Assembly (NCBI GenBank): GCA_964016885.1 | Contig: OZ024742.1 | Span: 180,296,001-180,360,000, forward strand | DNA: 64,000 bases | Reading direction: 5' to 3' | From: Eledone cirrhosa | Taxonomy: Eukaryota | In this document: positions 1-14,130 of the stretch, in pieces | Position numbering within the stretch: the first letter of the stretch is position 1 | Layout of the letters: each line of letters opens with the position of its first letter | Translations under genes and position numbers: made by a program | Notes under the pieces: generated by a model | Database searches by the model: none | Seen by the model: only the letters and a program-made list of their open reading frames with translations | Told to the model about the DNA's origin: nothing

Positions 1-84
1 TTGATAAGGCAGTTTTGAAGCATTGTAATAAATATCATACCAGGATGTTTACGACCTGGATTGACATTAAAAAAAGATCTGCAA

Positions 85-233
85 GCATGTCAGCAATACA
101 AAAATCTGCAGACATGTTTTAGTATTGCTGAACATGTCTTTTTAGACATGTTCAGCAATACAAAGCACCTGAAGATTTTCAACAATCCATTCTTGGATTG
201 TTGAATTCCTGCAGATGTCTGGTATTGCTGAAG
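85..233. repeat. Nested inverted repeats / multi-hairpin element
   Basis: Perfect 18-bp arms at 122-139/144-161 (gtattgctgaacatgtct-TTTT-agacatgttcagcaatac) and 12-bp arms at 178-189/194-205. cagcaatac/gtattgctg occurs four times in alternating orientation. Confidence 0.85.
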
Positions 234-269
234 ACATCATTAATTTTCATCTGAATTGTATGCTAGAGT

Positions 270-900
270 AGAAAATTAAGTTGTACTTGAGCAATGTCTT
301 TTTTGGAGAAGTAGATGTTAAAAGGGAATCTTCCAAGATGACTCAATTTCATCATTATTAGTTGTTATAACTTACACACAGGAAAATTAACATTAATATA
401 TAAGGATTAAAAGGAGAATGCATGAAGAATATTTGATATATGGTGATGAAGGGTTGTTGCAATATGCAGCAGAAGATATGGGTTTAAATGCAGATGGAAT
501 GTTCGAAAAGGAAGATTTAAAGAGAAGAGAAAAGATCTAGGAATGAGAATGCATGCCAATGAAAGCCTTATAATTGTGAAGTACAGCTTTTACAAAACTT
601 CTCTGATACCCAGAATTGCAGACTGTGAAAAGAAAGCAGAAAATGTAACCCACTTGGTAAGTGGAGGAGAGAGCCGTGTGCAAAAAAAAAAGTACAAGTA
701 TAATTATAATAAAGTTTGTTTGTAACTTCATTGGCTTTTGTCTCATAAATACCAATGCAAATTAATAGAAAATTGGTATGAGCATGTGCCTTGTAAATTA
801 AAGAAGTGATATGGGAAAGCAACGATAATCTGGGATTATGATTTCCTGACTGATGGAGTAATTGAGCATTGCTGATTGGACATGGTCATATTGAAGAAGA
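270..900 (+). mobile_element. Degraded RLE-type non-LTR retrotransposon fragment (R4/Dong-like), zinc knuckle to endonuclease region
   Basis: Manual translation gives ENVTHLVSG..., LHWLLSHKY...NWYEHVP and IIWDYDFLTDGVIEHC*LDMVILKK. These are colinear with ETVAHIVS/IHWHL/WYEHNP/LWDFRIQTD...RPDLVVLDK of the ORF at 62745-63398. Stops and frameshifts are present. Confidence 0.75.
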
Positions 901-1749
901 AGAAGAAGAAGAGGAAGAAGAAGAAAAGCAGCAGCAACATCGTAAATTGTAATCCTAAACCAGAAAAAAACAATAGATCAACAAAATAACAATAATAATA
1001 ACAGCAGTAATATTTAACAACAACAACAACAACAACAACAATAAAAGTAATACAGATAGACATGGTAATAACATAGTTTTAATAAGCGTAACAAAACTCT
1101 GTTTAAAAAAGATGTAAAAGTGGGAATCGAAATTATATGGAAGATGAAAGGGAAAATATATATTTTTTCAAAACCATTTAGAATTATTTGGAAAACATTT
1201 TGAAACTTCAAACTGTTTTTCTTATTTCTTTTTCAATTTCTCATTTTCTTTCATCTTTTTTTTTTTTTTCGTATTGCAATTTTCAAATTAAAATAAAGAA
1301 CAAAAAAAAATGGTAAAAGCAGCAAACATGAAATTCAGAGTGAAATTACAATTCGATGGAACATGTGATAAAATAGAATTTAATAAACAGGATTTACCAT
1401 ATATTCATGCATGCAGTTTCCACTGAAATGGGTTTCTTCGTACACTTTTCATGTTTTTTTTCTTTTTAACACATCGCCATGGAAGGAAGGACCGATACCC
1501 CTTTAGATTTTCAGGGCCTCCAATACCAGGAGGAGGAAGAGGGAAAGTTATCCATAAATCAGGGACAGTGGCTTGAATACTTGCTGGGTGAACTCTGATA
1601 AATGTACCTTAGGTGTCAGGTGATGGCATTAACGCCAAACAAAACTTCCTCTGGTTTTATGGAACAAATCCACATTTTATATTTGTAAATCAAAATATCC
1701 AAATTATTTACTCACTCACTCATGAGTCGAGTTTCCTCTATCCAATTAA

Positions 1750-2090
1750 CAGTGCTCTTTCCATGTGTCTCAATCTAGTATTATCACTCCAAGATCCATT
1801 AAAATACCTCCTGCGTTAGCACATAGCATATCCAGATACGTTGTTGCAGGATGACCTCTACTTCTATGACCGTGCGCAGGCTTCCAAAAAAAGAACATGG
1901 CTGATGCACTCGTTTATTTTTGCCTTGTAACAATGTCCCACAAAAACACACCCTTCTTAGACGAACAATATCCAATGCAGGAGAACTATCCTGATAGGGT
2001 TCTCCATTTGTGACTCTCTGTCGAGCTTATAGGCAGTATCTCTGTGGACAGTTAAAGAGACATTCTCATACCATACTGAAACAAGTCCAG
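1750..2090 (-). mobile_element. RTE-clade LINE 3' coding fragment, degraded
   Basis: Minus-strand translation includes GHCY..., WKPAHGHRSRGHPATTYLDML... and DTWK. This is the RTE C-terminal G-x-R-x-R-G-R-P motif region, similar to 36181-36625. Confidence 0.7.
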
Positions 2091-4024
2091 CTTATAGCTC
2101 TTTTTCTGTCCATTGTATATAAAGACGAGGTGTTTACATCTATCTATATAGTGTTGGCTAGAAATCTATAGATACCTTATGTAGTACTGTATATCATTGA
2201 AAGAAAACATTAATTTACCAGTAATTTATCAAGAACAATAACAACAACATCGCCTGAGAACATAGAAAATCCATAAAAGCTGTTTCTATGGAGGTAAAAA
2301 ATTGTAACACTTTGATAAGTTCTTTCTATGATGATTGTTAGAAATGGCAGTCAGCGAAATGTCATGAACATATTTTATAGATCATTAACAGATGGCATGT
2401 CATAATCATACACAGAATGATTTCCCAATATCTTCCACAGATCAATATTGATCCATGAAATTTACGCTAGCAATATATGATGTTCTTACAATTTCAGATA
2501 TTGAATATAAAATGCAATGCAGCATGATAAAGACATTGTCACTTATTGATACTTAAATTACTGATGCTTGACAAAGAATCAGAGATATTCACTCTAGAGG
2601 CAATTAAAGCAGAAATAAGACGTTCTTAATGAGACACAGACAATATTTAATAAACGTTTCTTATTTTCGTCCAGTGCAGAGAGATACCGTTCTCTTATTG
2701 AAGTAGTCATTGACCATTTTTAAGTAAAACTAAATAGACATATCTAGACATCATCATCATCACCAGCATCATCATCATTGCCATCATCATCATTAGCAAC
2801 ACCAACATCATCTTCTTTGCTATCATCATCGCCATTACTTTATATACGTTTTTCAATGCTTGCATAGATTGCATGGCTATTACAGATTGAATCATTTTTT
2901 ATTTAGAGTTACTTCCTCTTCTAGACAATTTGTGGGACCTCATCAAACTTATACGTCGCGATTTAGGCATCGCTTTTATCACTGGATGCCCTCATAACAT
3001 ATATTATGTACATTTTATCATGGCCTGAACATTAGAGAGATTGTTATGTCTCCAACAAGTCTAAAGATTCCTCTCTATCCTATGTTGTATCCATTTGATT
3101 ATCAAACCTCTTTATATAGTGTACTGGGTGCATTTTATCATGGTACAAACACTATAGATCTTGCCTTGTCGACTGCATGGCTAAAGATACCTCTCCAGCA
3201 CTCATGAACACAAATGAACTTCTTAATCAGTCAGTTATACCTGTGACCTGGAAAGCATAATATTAAAAAAAATGAAATTTACAGTTTACTTTAATGGATG
3301 TTTTGTTGCATATCATAGGAGGTTTCTTGGGTGATTTAATTATAGGGTGATCAATCCTATCACAAAAAGCAACACGAAATGAAATATCTTCTTCAAGGAG
3401 ATAATAGACTGCCCAGTCCAGGAATCAGACACATGACATTATAATGGTGAGTTCAACACCCTAATCGCTAGGCTATGCACCATCACTTGTGAGACAAGAG
3501 AATTATTAATAACTATCACTTTAGTAGAATGTCTGCTGTTTATCCAGTGCTATTCTAATAACAGACTACTAACAGCTGAAATATATGTTGAATAAATTAT
3601 ATGAGAATAAATTGAGTGTTTCACCTGTCTTCTAGAATCATGAGAGGATTCATATCTTACATCTTACTTCTCTAGCAGTAGTTTCATTTGATAGGTAGAT
3701 TCAAATTAAATTTTGCTGACAATTAAAATGACACTGTTAGGAGGCTTTAACAATAGCTGTAAGCTCAGATATCCAAGTTAATAATAGATGTTGAACTCTG
3801 AACTTGAAGACTTGTATACTATTCCTAGTTTACTGCTGTCGGCATAGTTGAGATTTATAACTCTTCGTGACTCACTTAACAGATTTGACACTCAAATGCC
3901 TGAAACTACCTTTGGATTTATGATACAAAATTCCATCTTTTAAAATTAAAATCTTACAACATTATTTTATGTAAGAAACATTAAGACAAGCTTAAAAATG
4001 AAAATGTTGAGCTATATTACTAAG

Positions 4025-4140
4025 TCATGTGGCTAAGTGGTTAGGGAATTGGATTCACAATTGGGAGCTTGTGAGCTCAACTCCTGGACTGGGTGATGTG
4101 TTATGTCCTTGAGCAAGACACTATATTTCATGTTGCTCTT
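4025..4140 (+). mobile_element. tRNA-headed CORE-like SINE (5' part)
   Basis: A-box TGGCTAAGTGG, a degenerate B box, then tgtccttgagcaagacact (CORE-like motif). Related pieces lie at ~3375-3480(-), ~13430-13510(-) and 40700-41320(+). Confidence 0.65.
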
Positions 4141-4588
4141 TCTGCCCGTAGTCGCAACTGGTAGATAGTAACAGCAATCGAAAAACCAATGGAAACATTG
4201 TTTCTTTTGTCCAATTTGACAAGTTCCACCCCACTCAGTAAATGAATGAGGTTTGGAAACTTGTCGATTGTTTAAGAAAAACTAATTTCTTTCACATTCT
4301 TCATTATTTTCAAAATGAATTGAAACATATTAGTTGTATACTTTGTTAATAAGATGGGAAAAAACGGTTAACTTGAAAATAGGCAATATGGAGTAATTGC
4401 AGTTTACTGGTTTATTTAATAAATTACATTTATATCTGTATATATACAGTACAGAGTTTAACTGAGACTGTGTAAACATTTATATAAATATATACATTGA
4501 ATATATAGACATGTAAATATGGTATATTTAACAAAAGTAACAAGTTTAACTAAGACTGCCTATATGGGTATATAAATATACACATTAA

Positions 4589-4809
4589 CCCATTAGTATT
4601 TAAACTGGCCGTATCTGGCCAGAATTTTCTCACTTCTTTCTGTTCAAACCGGCTGTAACTGGCTGCTCATACTGATGTTACGGTATTGTCCTCAAAATAG
4701 ATAAAATCAAAATCTCATAAAATCGATATTATGTGAGATAATTATGTGAGGTAAAGCCTTTACTGTGGAAATATAATAATAAATATAAAGTAATTTAAAT
4801 ACTAAAGGG
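4589..4809 (+). mobile_element. piggyBac-like MITE family P1 (TTAA|CCCTTTAG...CTAAAGGG|TTAA)
   Basis: ttaa|cccattagtattt ... aatactaaaggg|ctaa. The body is shared with copies at 29049-29275 and 56415-56620. Confidence 0.7.
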
Positions 4810-5129
4810 CTAAATATATAGAGATATATACATGTCAAAAATAGATATTTCCCTGTAAACATAATATATTTAACAAATGATGTTGTTAGATTGCAGTATT
4901 CTTCTACTTTATATCAGAAGAAAATAACAATAATACAATGCAATATTCTTTCCTGCAAATCTTGCAAGTAATTTGTAACCAGATAATCACAGGCTGTTTA
5001 GATTATGATGAAGATCTAAGCCATCTGTAACGAACCATGTTTCAATTAACTAATGAAGAATTCTGAGGGTATTAGTAAACAAATTAATTATTAATCACAA
5101 CAAGAAGTATTTTTCTGCAATATACGTAT

Positions 5130-7680
5130 GACCATGTCAACACTTCTTCTTGGAGTTGTTTACCGTCCCCCAAATTACCATCAAGACACACAGCTTTGTG
5201 ATATCCTCAGAGCTGCTGTCAGGAAAACAGCCATTTCTGTTTTATTGCAGGCGACTTCAATCACCCTGAGATTGATTGGGACCTTTCGTTGACTGCAAAG
5301 TGCAAATGATTTCTTTGAGCTAGTGCTGGACTCGAACTGCTCCCAAGTAGTCACCTCCCCAACAAGAGGTGACAACACTTTGGATCTACTCCTTACCATT
5401 AGTCCTTAAACGGTTAGTGTTAATACTGAGGAACATTTAGGTGACTCATATCATGCTATGATCTGTCTCTTATGGGCAGTAACAAAAACCAAACCATCTC
5501 CAAACTGCTCACTTCGACTGGAATAAAGCAGACTGGAACTCTTACTGCACTGAGCTACAATGCCAAAACTGGTTTGAATTTTACGACTCTGGAGGTGTGA
5601 ACACTATACTTCAGAACATCCTGAACTCAATATGGACAGCATGTGCAGCATCAGTACTGTGTAATCACAAAAAACATCCCAAAAGTGCAATTTGGGAGAC
5701 TGCAACAGTCTGACTTGCCAGGAAAGAACATTGTAATGCTGAAAGGGAATACAAACTGCATAAATCAGATACCACTAGAAAAAAGTGCAATAAATCATGC
5801 AACCATCTCAAGCAGGTGAAAAAAAAGACAGTGCTTGAATTTGAACAGCACATAGCAACCAGCCCTGAGAGTAAGGTGTTCTGGAAATATGTACATTCAA
5901 AACAGAGATCTGACTCTCCAGTTGATCTTCCCCACACAAGCCAGATTACTGATGATACCTAAGAATGCACAGAACTCATTACTGAATGCTATGCAGGCAT
6001 TTTTATTGTTGAAAACCAAAACATACCATCTCCACCACCTCTGACATCAAATTCTATTACAACTATGCAATGCTGCAACGTCACCTTAAGAATAAGTGCA
6101 ACTATGCCTCTCCTGGTCTTGATGGTGTTACGTACCTGCTTCTCAAACATGGTGGGTTGTTTCTTCTGCCCCAGCTTTCACTCTTCTTTCAATTCTGTCT
6201 TAACAACGGTGCTACTCTGGAGCAGTGGAAAACTGCCAGTGTCATTCCTCTGTTCAAAAAGAGTGAACTATCGTCCAGTCAGTCTTACTAGCTGCATTGC
6301 CAAACTGATGGAATCCTGTGTCAGAGAAATACTTTGGAACTCCTAGAATTCTCACAGCCTTATCCAGCCTTGCGATTTGGATTTATCCCTAACTCCAGCT
6401 ACTGTGATCAATTTTTCGAATTTCTTGAAGACATCACTGATGGTGGCTCATGGCTGGATGTTCTTTACCTTGACTTTGCTAAAGCTTTTAATTCTGTGCC
6501 ACCCAAAAGACTTATTATGGCAAAAACCTCTGCAATGGGTGTGAAAGATAAACCTTTTAACTGGTTGAAGTCCTTCATTCTCAGTCAAAAAGAGGTAGTC
6601 ACGATTCTAGGACAGCATTCTACATCCTATGAGATGTCATCTGGTGTACTGCAGGTATATGTTCTTGGTCCCATTTTGTTTGTTGCATATATTAATGACA
6701 TAGATGCCAGCTTAAAGATTACCTCAGTGCTGAAATATGCAGGTGACATTAAGCTGTACCTTGAGATAAAAAGGACATATCCTGAACACTATCGATCTTT
6801 CCTGCAATCAGACCTGGACAAAATGCAGCAATGAATCATGGACTGGCAACTCAAGCTTGCTGTGGACAAATGTACCACCATCCATTTTGGGAGGAAAACC
6901 CCAGCATCCACATATTACCTCCACAATAATCATATCAAGAAGTCTTCTTGTGAACATGACCTGAGCACTACGGTCATAAACAATTGGTGTTGGACAAAGC
7001 ACATCTCTAAAATTGTCAAGAAGGCCATGGGTGTCTTGGCATCACTCAGCAAGACCTTTGTCAGCCACTCTCCAGCTATCTATTTAAAGCTGTATATAGC
7101 TATGATGGGGTCACACTTAGAATTTGCATCACCAGTCTGGAACCCCTATCTTTCTCAGAACATTGACCTCCTGGAAACTGTTCAGAAATGTGCAACCTAG
7201 CGAATACCCTCTGTCAGACATCTGCCATACTCTGAATGCTTTGCTTCCCTGGGCATGGTACACTGAAGCTCCGACATCTGGCAACTGACTTTGTAAACAT
7301 CCACAAAATCATTAAACATCTTTCCAACAACAAACTTGAGCACCTTTTTGAATTCCATGTGTCTAACACACGTGCGCATGCCAACAAAGTCAGAAAACAG
7401 CACAGCTCCCATGACTTTTGGAAACATTTCTTCACACACAGAGTTGCTGAAGCATGGAACAAACTACCTGCATCAGTTGTTAGCTGTCGAGACACTGCAT
7501 CCTTCGCCAACACTACACCTGATATTCCCCCACTATACACAAGCACACATGTATATCATGATTCATACACTGTTCACTTTCCTGACAGTTGTACATTATT
7601 CTATGTACTATACATGCACCTTTGATGAGTTGTAGTACACCTGAGCACTGTAGACAATTATTCCATTACTATTATTATAA
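5130..7680 (+). mobile_element. CR1-group LINE, ORF2 (APE endonuclease + reverse transcriptase), decayed, (ATT)n tail
   Basis: APE motifs LLGVVYRPP, IAGDFNHPEIDW and PTRGDNTLDLLLT. RT motifs NYRPVSLTSCIAKLMES, YLDFAKAFNSV, SGVLQVYVLGP and YAGD. CR1 C-terminus HLEFASPVWNPY and FFTHRVAEAWNKLP. Many stops and frameshifts. Confidence 0.92.
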
Positions 7681-8150
7681 TCACGGGGTCGATAAAATAA
7701 AGTACCAGTAATACACTGGGTAATTGCTGGGCTTGTGCCAAAAGTAGAAACAATTATTATAATCACACCATTTTAAAAGCTTCCTACTTAAATTAAAATC
7801 TTCCAGCATCATTTTAAATAAGAACCTTTTCATCAACTTAATAATTAAAATAATTTTAGTAAATCCTTCCACAGTGTTCATTGAAATATAATGTGTATTT
7901 ATCAGAAATATGGTTATGAAAGGGTTAAAGAGCTATAGAAGCAAAGCCTGCTATGAACATTGTAGACATTGTGTTTGAAGAATAATGAGTCCCAGTTCAC
8001 CTTTTCAGCTACAAATACAAATAAAACAAAGAAAAATACATAACACTCCACTGTTTCTACTCTCTCTACTCTTTTCTCTCTCTCCTTTATATCTCTCTTT
8101 TCTATCTTTTGATTCTCCTTTCTTTCTCTCTTTCTACTCTCTTTTCTATC

Positions 8151-8190
<40 letters not shown>

Positions 8191-8778
8191 TTACATCAGT
8201 ACATTATATGTCTGGCTATGATTACACAGTGTGATGCCTTCATGGTTTTGCCACACACCCTCATCTCCCTGCTATCTCTCCTTGCTTATCTCTCCCTCTT
8301 CTCCCTTCTATTCTTATCACCTTCATGTAATGCACCATTTAGCACTGAGCCAAATGGAGTGGTTGAAACAGAACAAGACATTTGGGGCATTTAAATCACT
8401 GTCTTAGCAATACTGAATTAATTGCATTGATGGTGATAATGAGGGTGATGATGATGATGATGATGATGGTGATGTGTTTGAGGATGATGATGATGATGGT
8501 GATGATGGTAGTGATGATAGCAATAACAAGATAGAATCAAAATCACAATGATAGTAATGATGATGATGATGATGATGAACCAACAGCATATAAAATATAT
8601 CCAACAAAAAAGGCCAGCAGCAGTTATAGTTAATGGTCAAACTAAATCTGTTGAGAATGTGATAAAAGCACTCCTGTTAGATATTGTCAATGTTGCTATC
8701 TTCCTTACGAACATTAAATAAAACATTGTCTGATACAATTGTTATTATTATAATGGTAATTATTATTATTGTTATTAT

Positions 8779-8962
8779 TTGGCACTATTGGCAGAGGTTC
8801 AGACGCCATGCTTTGCAGCATAGAGTTACAGCCTTTATGATCTGAGTTCAAATCCCGCCGAGGTTAACTTTGCCTTTCATCCTTACGAGGTCGATAAAAT
8901 AAAGTACCAGTAATGTACTGGGTAATTGCTGGCCTTGTGCCTAAAATAGAAACAATTATTAT
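8779..8962 (+). mobile_element. SINE-A copy (dominant ~185-bp tRNA-headed SINE of this window)
   Basis: Consensus ggtggattggcagtatcggtagagggtcggacgcc...gagttcaaatcccgccgaggttgactttgcctttcatccttacggggtcgataaaataaagtacc...ggccttgtgcctaaagtagaaacaatt(att)n, with an A box (TGGCAGTATCGG) and a B box (GAGTTCAAATC). About 30 full or partial copies lie across the window. Confidence 0.9.
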
Positions 8963-9089
8963 TATGAATTTGATATCTCAGTCATTGATATTATTTACGG
9001 TAAAATTTACCCAAATGAACATCAAGCCACTACCTGATGGGGACAACCTTGATCTCATGATAATCCCAAATCCTTTTCAGTTATTATTA

Positions 9090-9350
9090 TGATCATTTTC
9101 ATTATTATTTTGCATGTTATCACTGCACTATCGAGTGCAGCTCTGAGCACTTTGGGTATGTGCATTGTGGGGTTTGGTGGTGTTGTTTCTATTGTATTGT
9201 GAGTACTTTTTGTAATATGTGCAGGGTGCCTATTAGTGCTATTTTTTTGTGTGAGTCCTAGAGTTTTGGTTATGCATATGTCTGTGTGTATTTTTTCTTA
9301 GAGCACCTTTTATTTTAGGTATTGTTTCTTTCTTCATCATCCACATTCTG
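9090..9350 (-). mobile_element. RLE-type LINE (R4/Dong-like) extreme 3' fragment
   Basis: Minus strand reads RMWMMKKETIPKIKGAL...QKIALIGTLHILQKVL, like the end of ORF 62745-63398 (IPIVIGALG...QKACLLGTARTLR). Followed by a (TAA)-rich tail. Confidence 0.6.
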
Positions 9351-9912
9351 GCTGGCCTTGTGCCTAAAGTAGAAGCAATTATTATTATCACTAGCAGAAG
9401 AAACGCCCTTCGGGCGGTTTTCTTCTTGCTTGTATACTGTGTATATTGATATATGCAAATATATATGCACATAGATATAATATGTAAATTGACAATATGC
9501 ACATAAACTGAACAAAGACTGTGTTACACTTACTTTTGTAATCAGTAAAGTAATCCATTTAAAAAAGAGGCGATAATTGACATGGAAAAGTGATGAAACT
9601 GTTGGCGGAAAATGTTCAGGAATCTTCACTTGAGAAAGTCGATGGGAAGCTTCAAGCAGTGAATTTGAAAATAGATGCTGCTGGTATGAATGAATGAATT
9701 ACATTTAGCAATATAAAGAGTTGACCTTCGCTATATTGTTGTTTTACTGTATTCACATATAGACTTCTTAAGTTTTTCTAGTGTCCCTTTTCTAGCAGTT
9801 AAAAAGTAACTGAAATACATTTCAACTAAAAGAGAGTGATAACTGTTTCACATCACTGTAGAATTTCTTTGTGGACAGTTGTCACTAAACAGACCCCTTT
9901 CATTTAATATTT

Positions 9913-12900
9913 TTAGATTTTTTTTTTTGTAATTCGTGGTAATACAACATACATTTGACCATGTGAGAAGAATTGTATTGGTAGATATACACCTATCTTT
10001 TCAAATGTCTGCCCTTGTGCCTTGTTGCATGTAAGGGCAAAGGCTGGTTTGACAGGAAATTTCTTGCGAGTAAAGGTGAAAGGGAACTCAAGCTCTTGAG
10101 ATACATGTGGTTTCCTTGGGATTAGCAACCTTGTTTCAGCATTGGGACCCAATGCCACTTCAGCTTCAATTACATGATTATGTAAACTGATGATGATGAT
10201 GTAGCGTGTACCATTGCAATGCCCATTTAGAGGATCCAGATTTCTCAGAAGCATGATGCAACTGCCTTCCTTCAGTTGAAGTATGTGTTGGGAAGCCTGA
10301 TGGGGTAAGTTTGTTGATGAACTCAATTGGATTTGGCAGTATCAGTGGAAGGTTGGACGCCATGCTTTCCAGCATAGTTACGTCCCTTTACGATCTGAGT
10401 TCAAATCCCGCCGAGGTTGACTTTGCCTTTCATCGTTACGAGGTCGATAAAATAAGTACCAGTAATGCACTGGGTAATTGCTGGCCTTGTGCCTAAAGTA
10501 GAAACAATTATCTACTGTATCAGAGCTTCTGTAGATTATTTCATGACCAGGGAACTTGGTGACCATGAACTCATTCGCCAATCTTGCTACATCATTTGTT
10601 GGAGTGATATTGGCTCTATTTGCAAGCCATAGTGTGTTTGTGTAGTTTCCTGGAAGATTTGTATACACCGAATGACACAGTCCAGACACATTACAATATT
10701 CCAGACAAAGTTGATTTGGCAGAAGGATTGTGAATACACCTACAGTTGTAACAGTTGGAATGTTACCATTTCCCACATCAAGAAGGTAGTTTGCAAACTG
10801 TTTTTCATCAGAATCCTCTGCATTAATTGATCGTTTATTGGTTCTCATCTCCATGGTTTCTACATAGTCCCAGAGATAGGATCTCTTGATGGTTGCCTCA
10901 ACTATTTGTGGTCTAGCACCATGACATACAGCGGGAAGAATTTGCTCCCAGTCACCAGATAGTAATACTGCTAGACTACCAAATGGCTTTTTGCAATCTT
11001 GAACATCTTTGAAGCTCCTGTCAAGGCATTCAAAGATATGCTTATGTCCCATACCTATCTCATCAATGATTAGCAGGTCAGCTTGCTGCATAAGTTTACC
11101 TGTGTCATCCCTCTTTGTGAAGAAGCAAGTTGATTCAGCAGTCACATTGAGAGGAATCTTGGATTTGGAAGGAAGAGTTCTACCTCTGTGAAGCAAAGTG
11201 GCTGCTATTCCAGATATGGCAGTGGCAAGTGGAATTTTTTTTTATATCGGAGGTAATCCAATAGGATGTTTATGAGATAGGTCTTTCCTGTACCTGCACT
11301 TGCATTCAAGCAGAAAATTCTTCCTTCATTTTCATTTACCGAGGTGATGACTTTGTGAAAAATAACCAGTTGCTCAGGATTCAATGTTGTCAGAATTTCA
11401 TTTATGTTTGCTTGCAGTTGGTGTGTATTGAAATCAGTTTCTGCCCTAAGAACCCTGTTGATTTCTGGTATGGCAACAATAGTTGGGTCTGGCTGAGTAA
11501 GTCCATAGTTGGCATGAATGTCCAAGCCATCATGTTGAAGTCTTTGTTGGATCTTCTGTAGAACAATCTGCACGGTTTGCATGGACATGACTTGCTCATG
11601 ACGTTCATGCATGATATCCTCTGCAAGACAATAATTCCATTTCTCCCAGAACTGCAGAAGGTCATTTGGCACGCTGTACAATAAAATGGAGCAGAAGATC
11701 TCTCGCAGCTGAGGACCAAGCGTAATGGATGAGGCTTCTTCCATAGCTTTGTCTTTTTCTCTATCTTCATCTAACAGACCAAATTTGCTGCATGCTTCTT
11801 GGAATGTTGGAAATTCAACTCCTTCAATTGTCCTCAAATCTTTGTATGAAGTTGACCTAACCTTGTGATGTAGGATCATCCTGATTGATGTCTACTGAGA
11901 GATACTGTTGGAATGCATCCAAGAGATTCACTCATAAATTGTTGATCACCATCCAGATGTCCCTTTTTTCTTCTTTGCCACTTTTTGTTTGTCCAAGTGA
12001 AATATTTAGGAATATCAATATACAATATGTTTTGTGCCAGTGAGTCTCTAATATTCAGTTGAAAATATTCCGTCAACTTAGTCATTGGCTGTCCCCTAGA
12101 AAGAATACTTTCTTCCTGCCCTTGCTCATACACAACCATTTGTTCCCCAGGTAAATGGCAAGGCAACTTTTCAACTGGCGGTTTTCAATGACGTAATGGA
12201 AATTTATAGATTCACCAGAATGCTTCACTGGCTGAGATGTACCATGCATTGATATAGGTCTCAATCTCATTTTGGGCATGGACACAATTTCCTTGATCAT
12301 CCTTAATAGTGAAAGTGATCTTGTCAGATCCTTTTGTGATGTACTTATTTAAGTATTTAACAGCCTTGACACTATGGACAACCTCACAGTTGATGTGGCA
12401 CTGATATCTCAATGAGAGGAAAGGGTTGTATGGAACAATCTACCGATTATCAATAGTAAATTCTTAACCTTTATGTTGGATTGCATGGGTGTGACCACCA
12501 TGCTGTCTATCCCTTCTTCTATACTCCGGAAAGGAATTTTCGGCAACAAATGTGGTTTGTCTGAATGCCTTGGTATAACTTTTTGAGCAATGGCGTTGTT
12601 GTCCTAGCCCTTCCATACATCAGCACATCATATTAGCTTGTCCACATGGGCCATGAATGTTGCAGGTTGTGATGATCTTATGCAGAATTGGATTGGTCTC
12701 TTTATCAGAAATCTCACAGTACACTACCTGATCAATGGCATCAGCAGATTTTGGCTTGCTATCTTCAGCCATTATCAACAGAATAAGCATAAGCATGAGT
12801 GAGGCCTTGTTTTCTGCCACTCTATTGTAACAGATTGAGCCACAACTTTTCCTAGGAGATTTTTTTTCACTATGTCATCCATAAGGCTGTCATACTTGAT

Positions 12901-13090
12901 CTTGAAGACTTTTTCACAAATATCAGGACGGTCTATTTTTTATTTCATCCCAGTTAGAGTTAGTTGTTACCGTGATGAAATAAGATGGCTTTCACATGTG
13001 TTGAACCACAGTCATCGAATTCTGAAAGCACTCACTGTAGAAGCGAGGGAAACCATAGATTGAAGGAGAAAGAACAATTCTCCGGCCTGC
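9913..13090 (-). pseudogene. Helitron Rep/Pif1-family helicase, fragmented
   Basis: Rep motifs SIYGFPRFYSECFQNSM, KPSYFITVTTNSNWDEI, IEWQK/RGLTHA (HUH, frameshifted), IHGPCG and VKYLNKYITKGSD. Helicase motifs ASAGTGKT, IIDEIGM, SGDWEQILP, CNGTR, FALTCNKAQGQT and FSHGQMYV. Confidence 0.95.
10329..10510 (+). mobile_element. SINE-A inserted into the Helitron helicase coding region
   Basis: Full consensus copy interrupting ...SSDTVDN / PIEFINKLTPSG... Confidence 0.9.
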
Positions 13091-14130
13091 ACTTGTTTCA
13101 GACAATAGACTGTGCTCATGCTGGGTACCACAATTAAACGATTTGCTTGACCTCAATTCCAGTACATATATTTTAAAATCTAGTACTTATTTTATTGATC
13201 TCTTCTATTCTCTTTGAAACGTGTATGTCTATGTGTTCATATGTATGATGGTACCCTATCACTTGCGACGAGGATTCTTCCAGCTAGGTTTCTCAAATTG
13301 AACTGTATGAAATTAAGGTGAGAGTGTCTGAGCATGCCATAGACACATATAACGGAGGGTTTCAGGGTGGAACTACATTGGTTCTTCGACTTACTGGCAA
13401 AGTACACTTTTTCTTACCTCAGTGGAGAGAAGAAAAGCTAAATAAAGTGTCTTGCTCAAGAACACAATACACTGATTGGATTCAAACTCTCAACATTACA
13501 ATCACGAGACAAACACACGGACGTAAACGCACACACATAAACACACATACACAGATACAGTAACACACATATGCACACACACACATAAGCAAACAGATAC
13601 ACACACACCTATACATATATATATACACATAAACACTTATGCACACACACATATACACACATATACACTCACATAAACACACCACACATACATATATATA
13701 TATATATATATGTCGGAGTGAGTCTATGTACTTATGCAATAGTAAAAAGAATGTACACCTGTGGATTGAATCATTGGTACTGTAGTAAATTATCCTTTCC
13801 TTATTTCCACATCTTCACATACATACACACAGCCACATATACAGATAACCACACTCGTCTATCTTTCTCTCTACCTACCTATATATCTACGTATCGATCT
13901 ATCGACCTATCTATCTACCTGTCTATCTACCTCTCTCTCCCTCTCACACACACACAAATATATCTATTCTAGAGAATGTGTCCATTAGATGTATTATTGC
14001 ATTTCAAGAATTACGAAGAATTTGCAAGTTACTTCATCCGGGGAGAATTAATAACAGCTTCATTAACCTCGGAAGACGATTTGTGTGTGGTATGTATGTG
14101 TGTTTATATATATATATATAAATATATATT

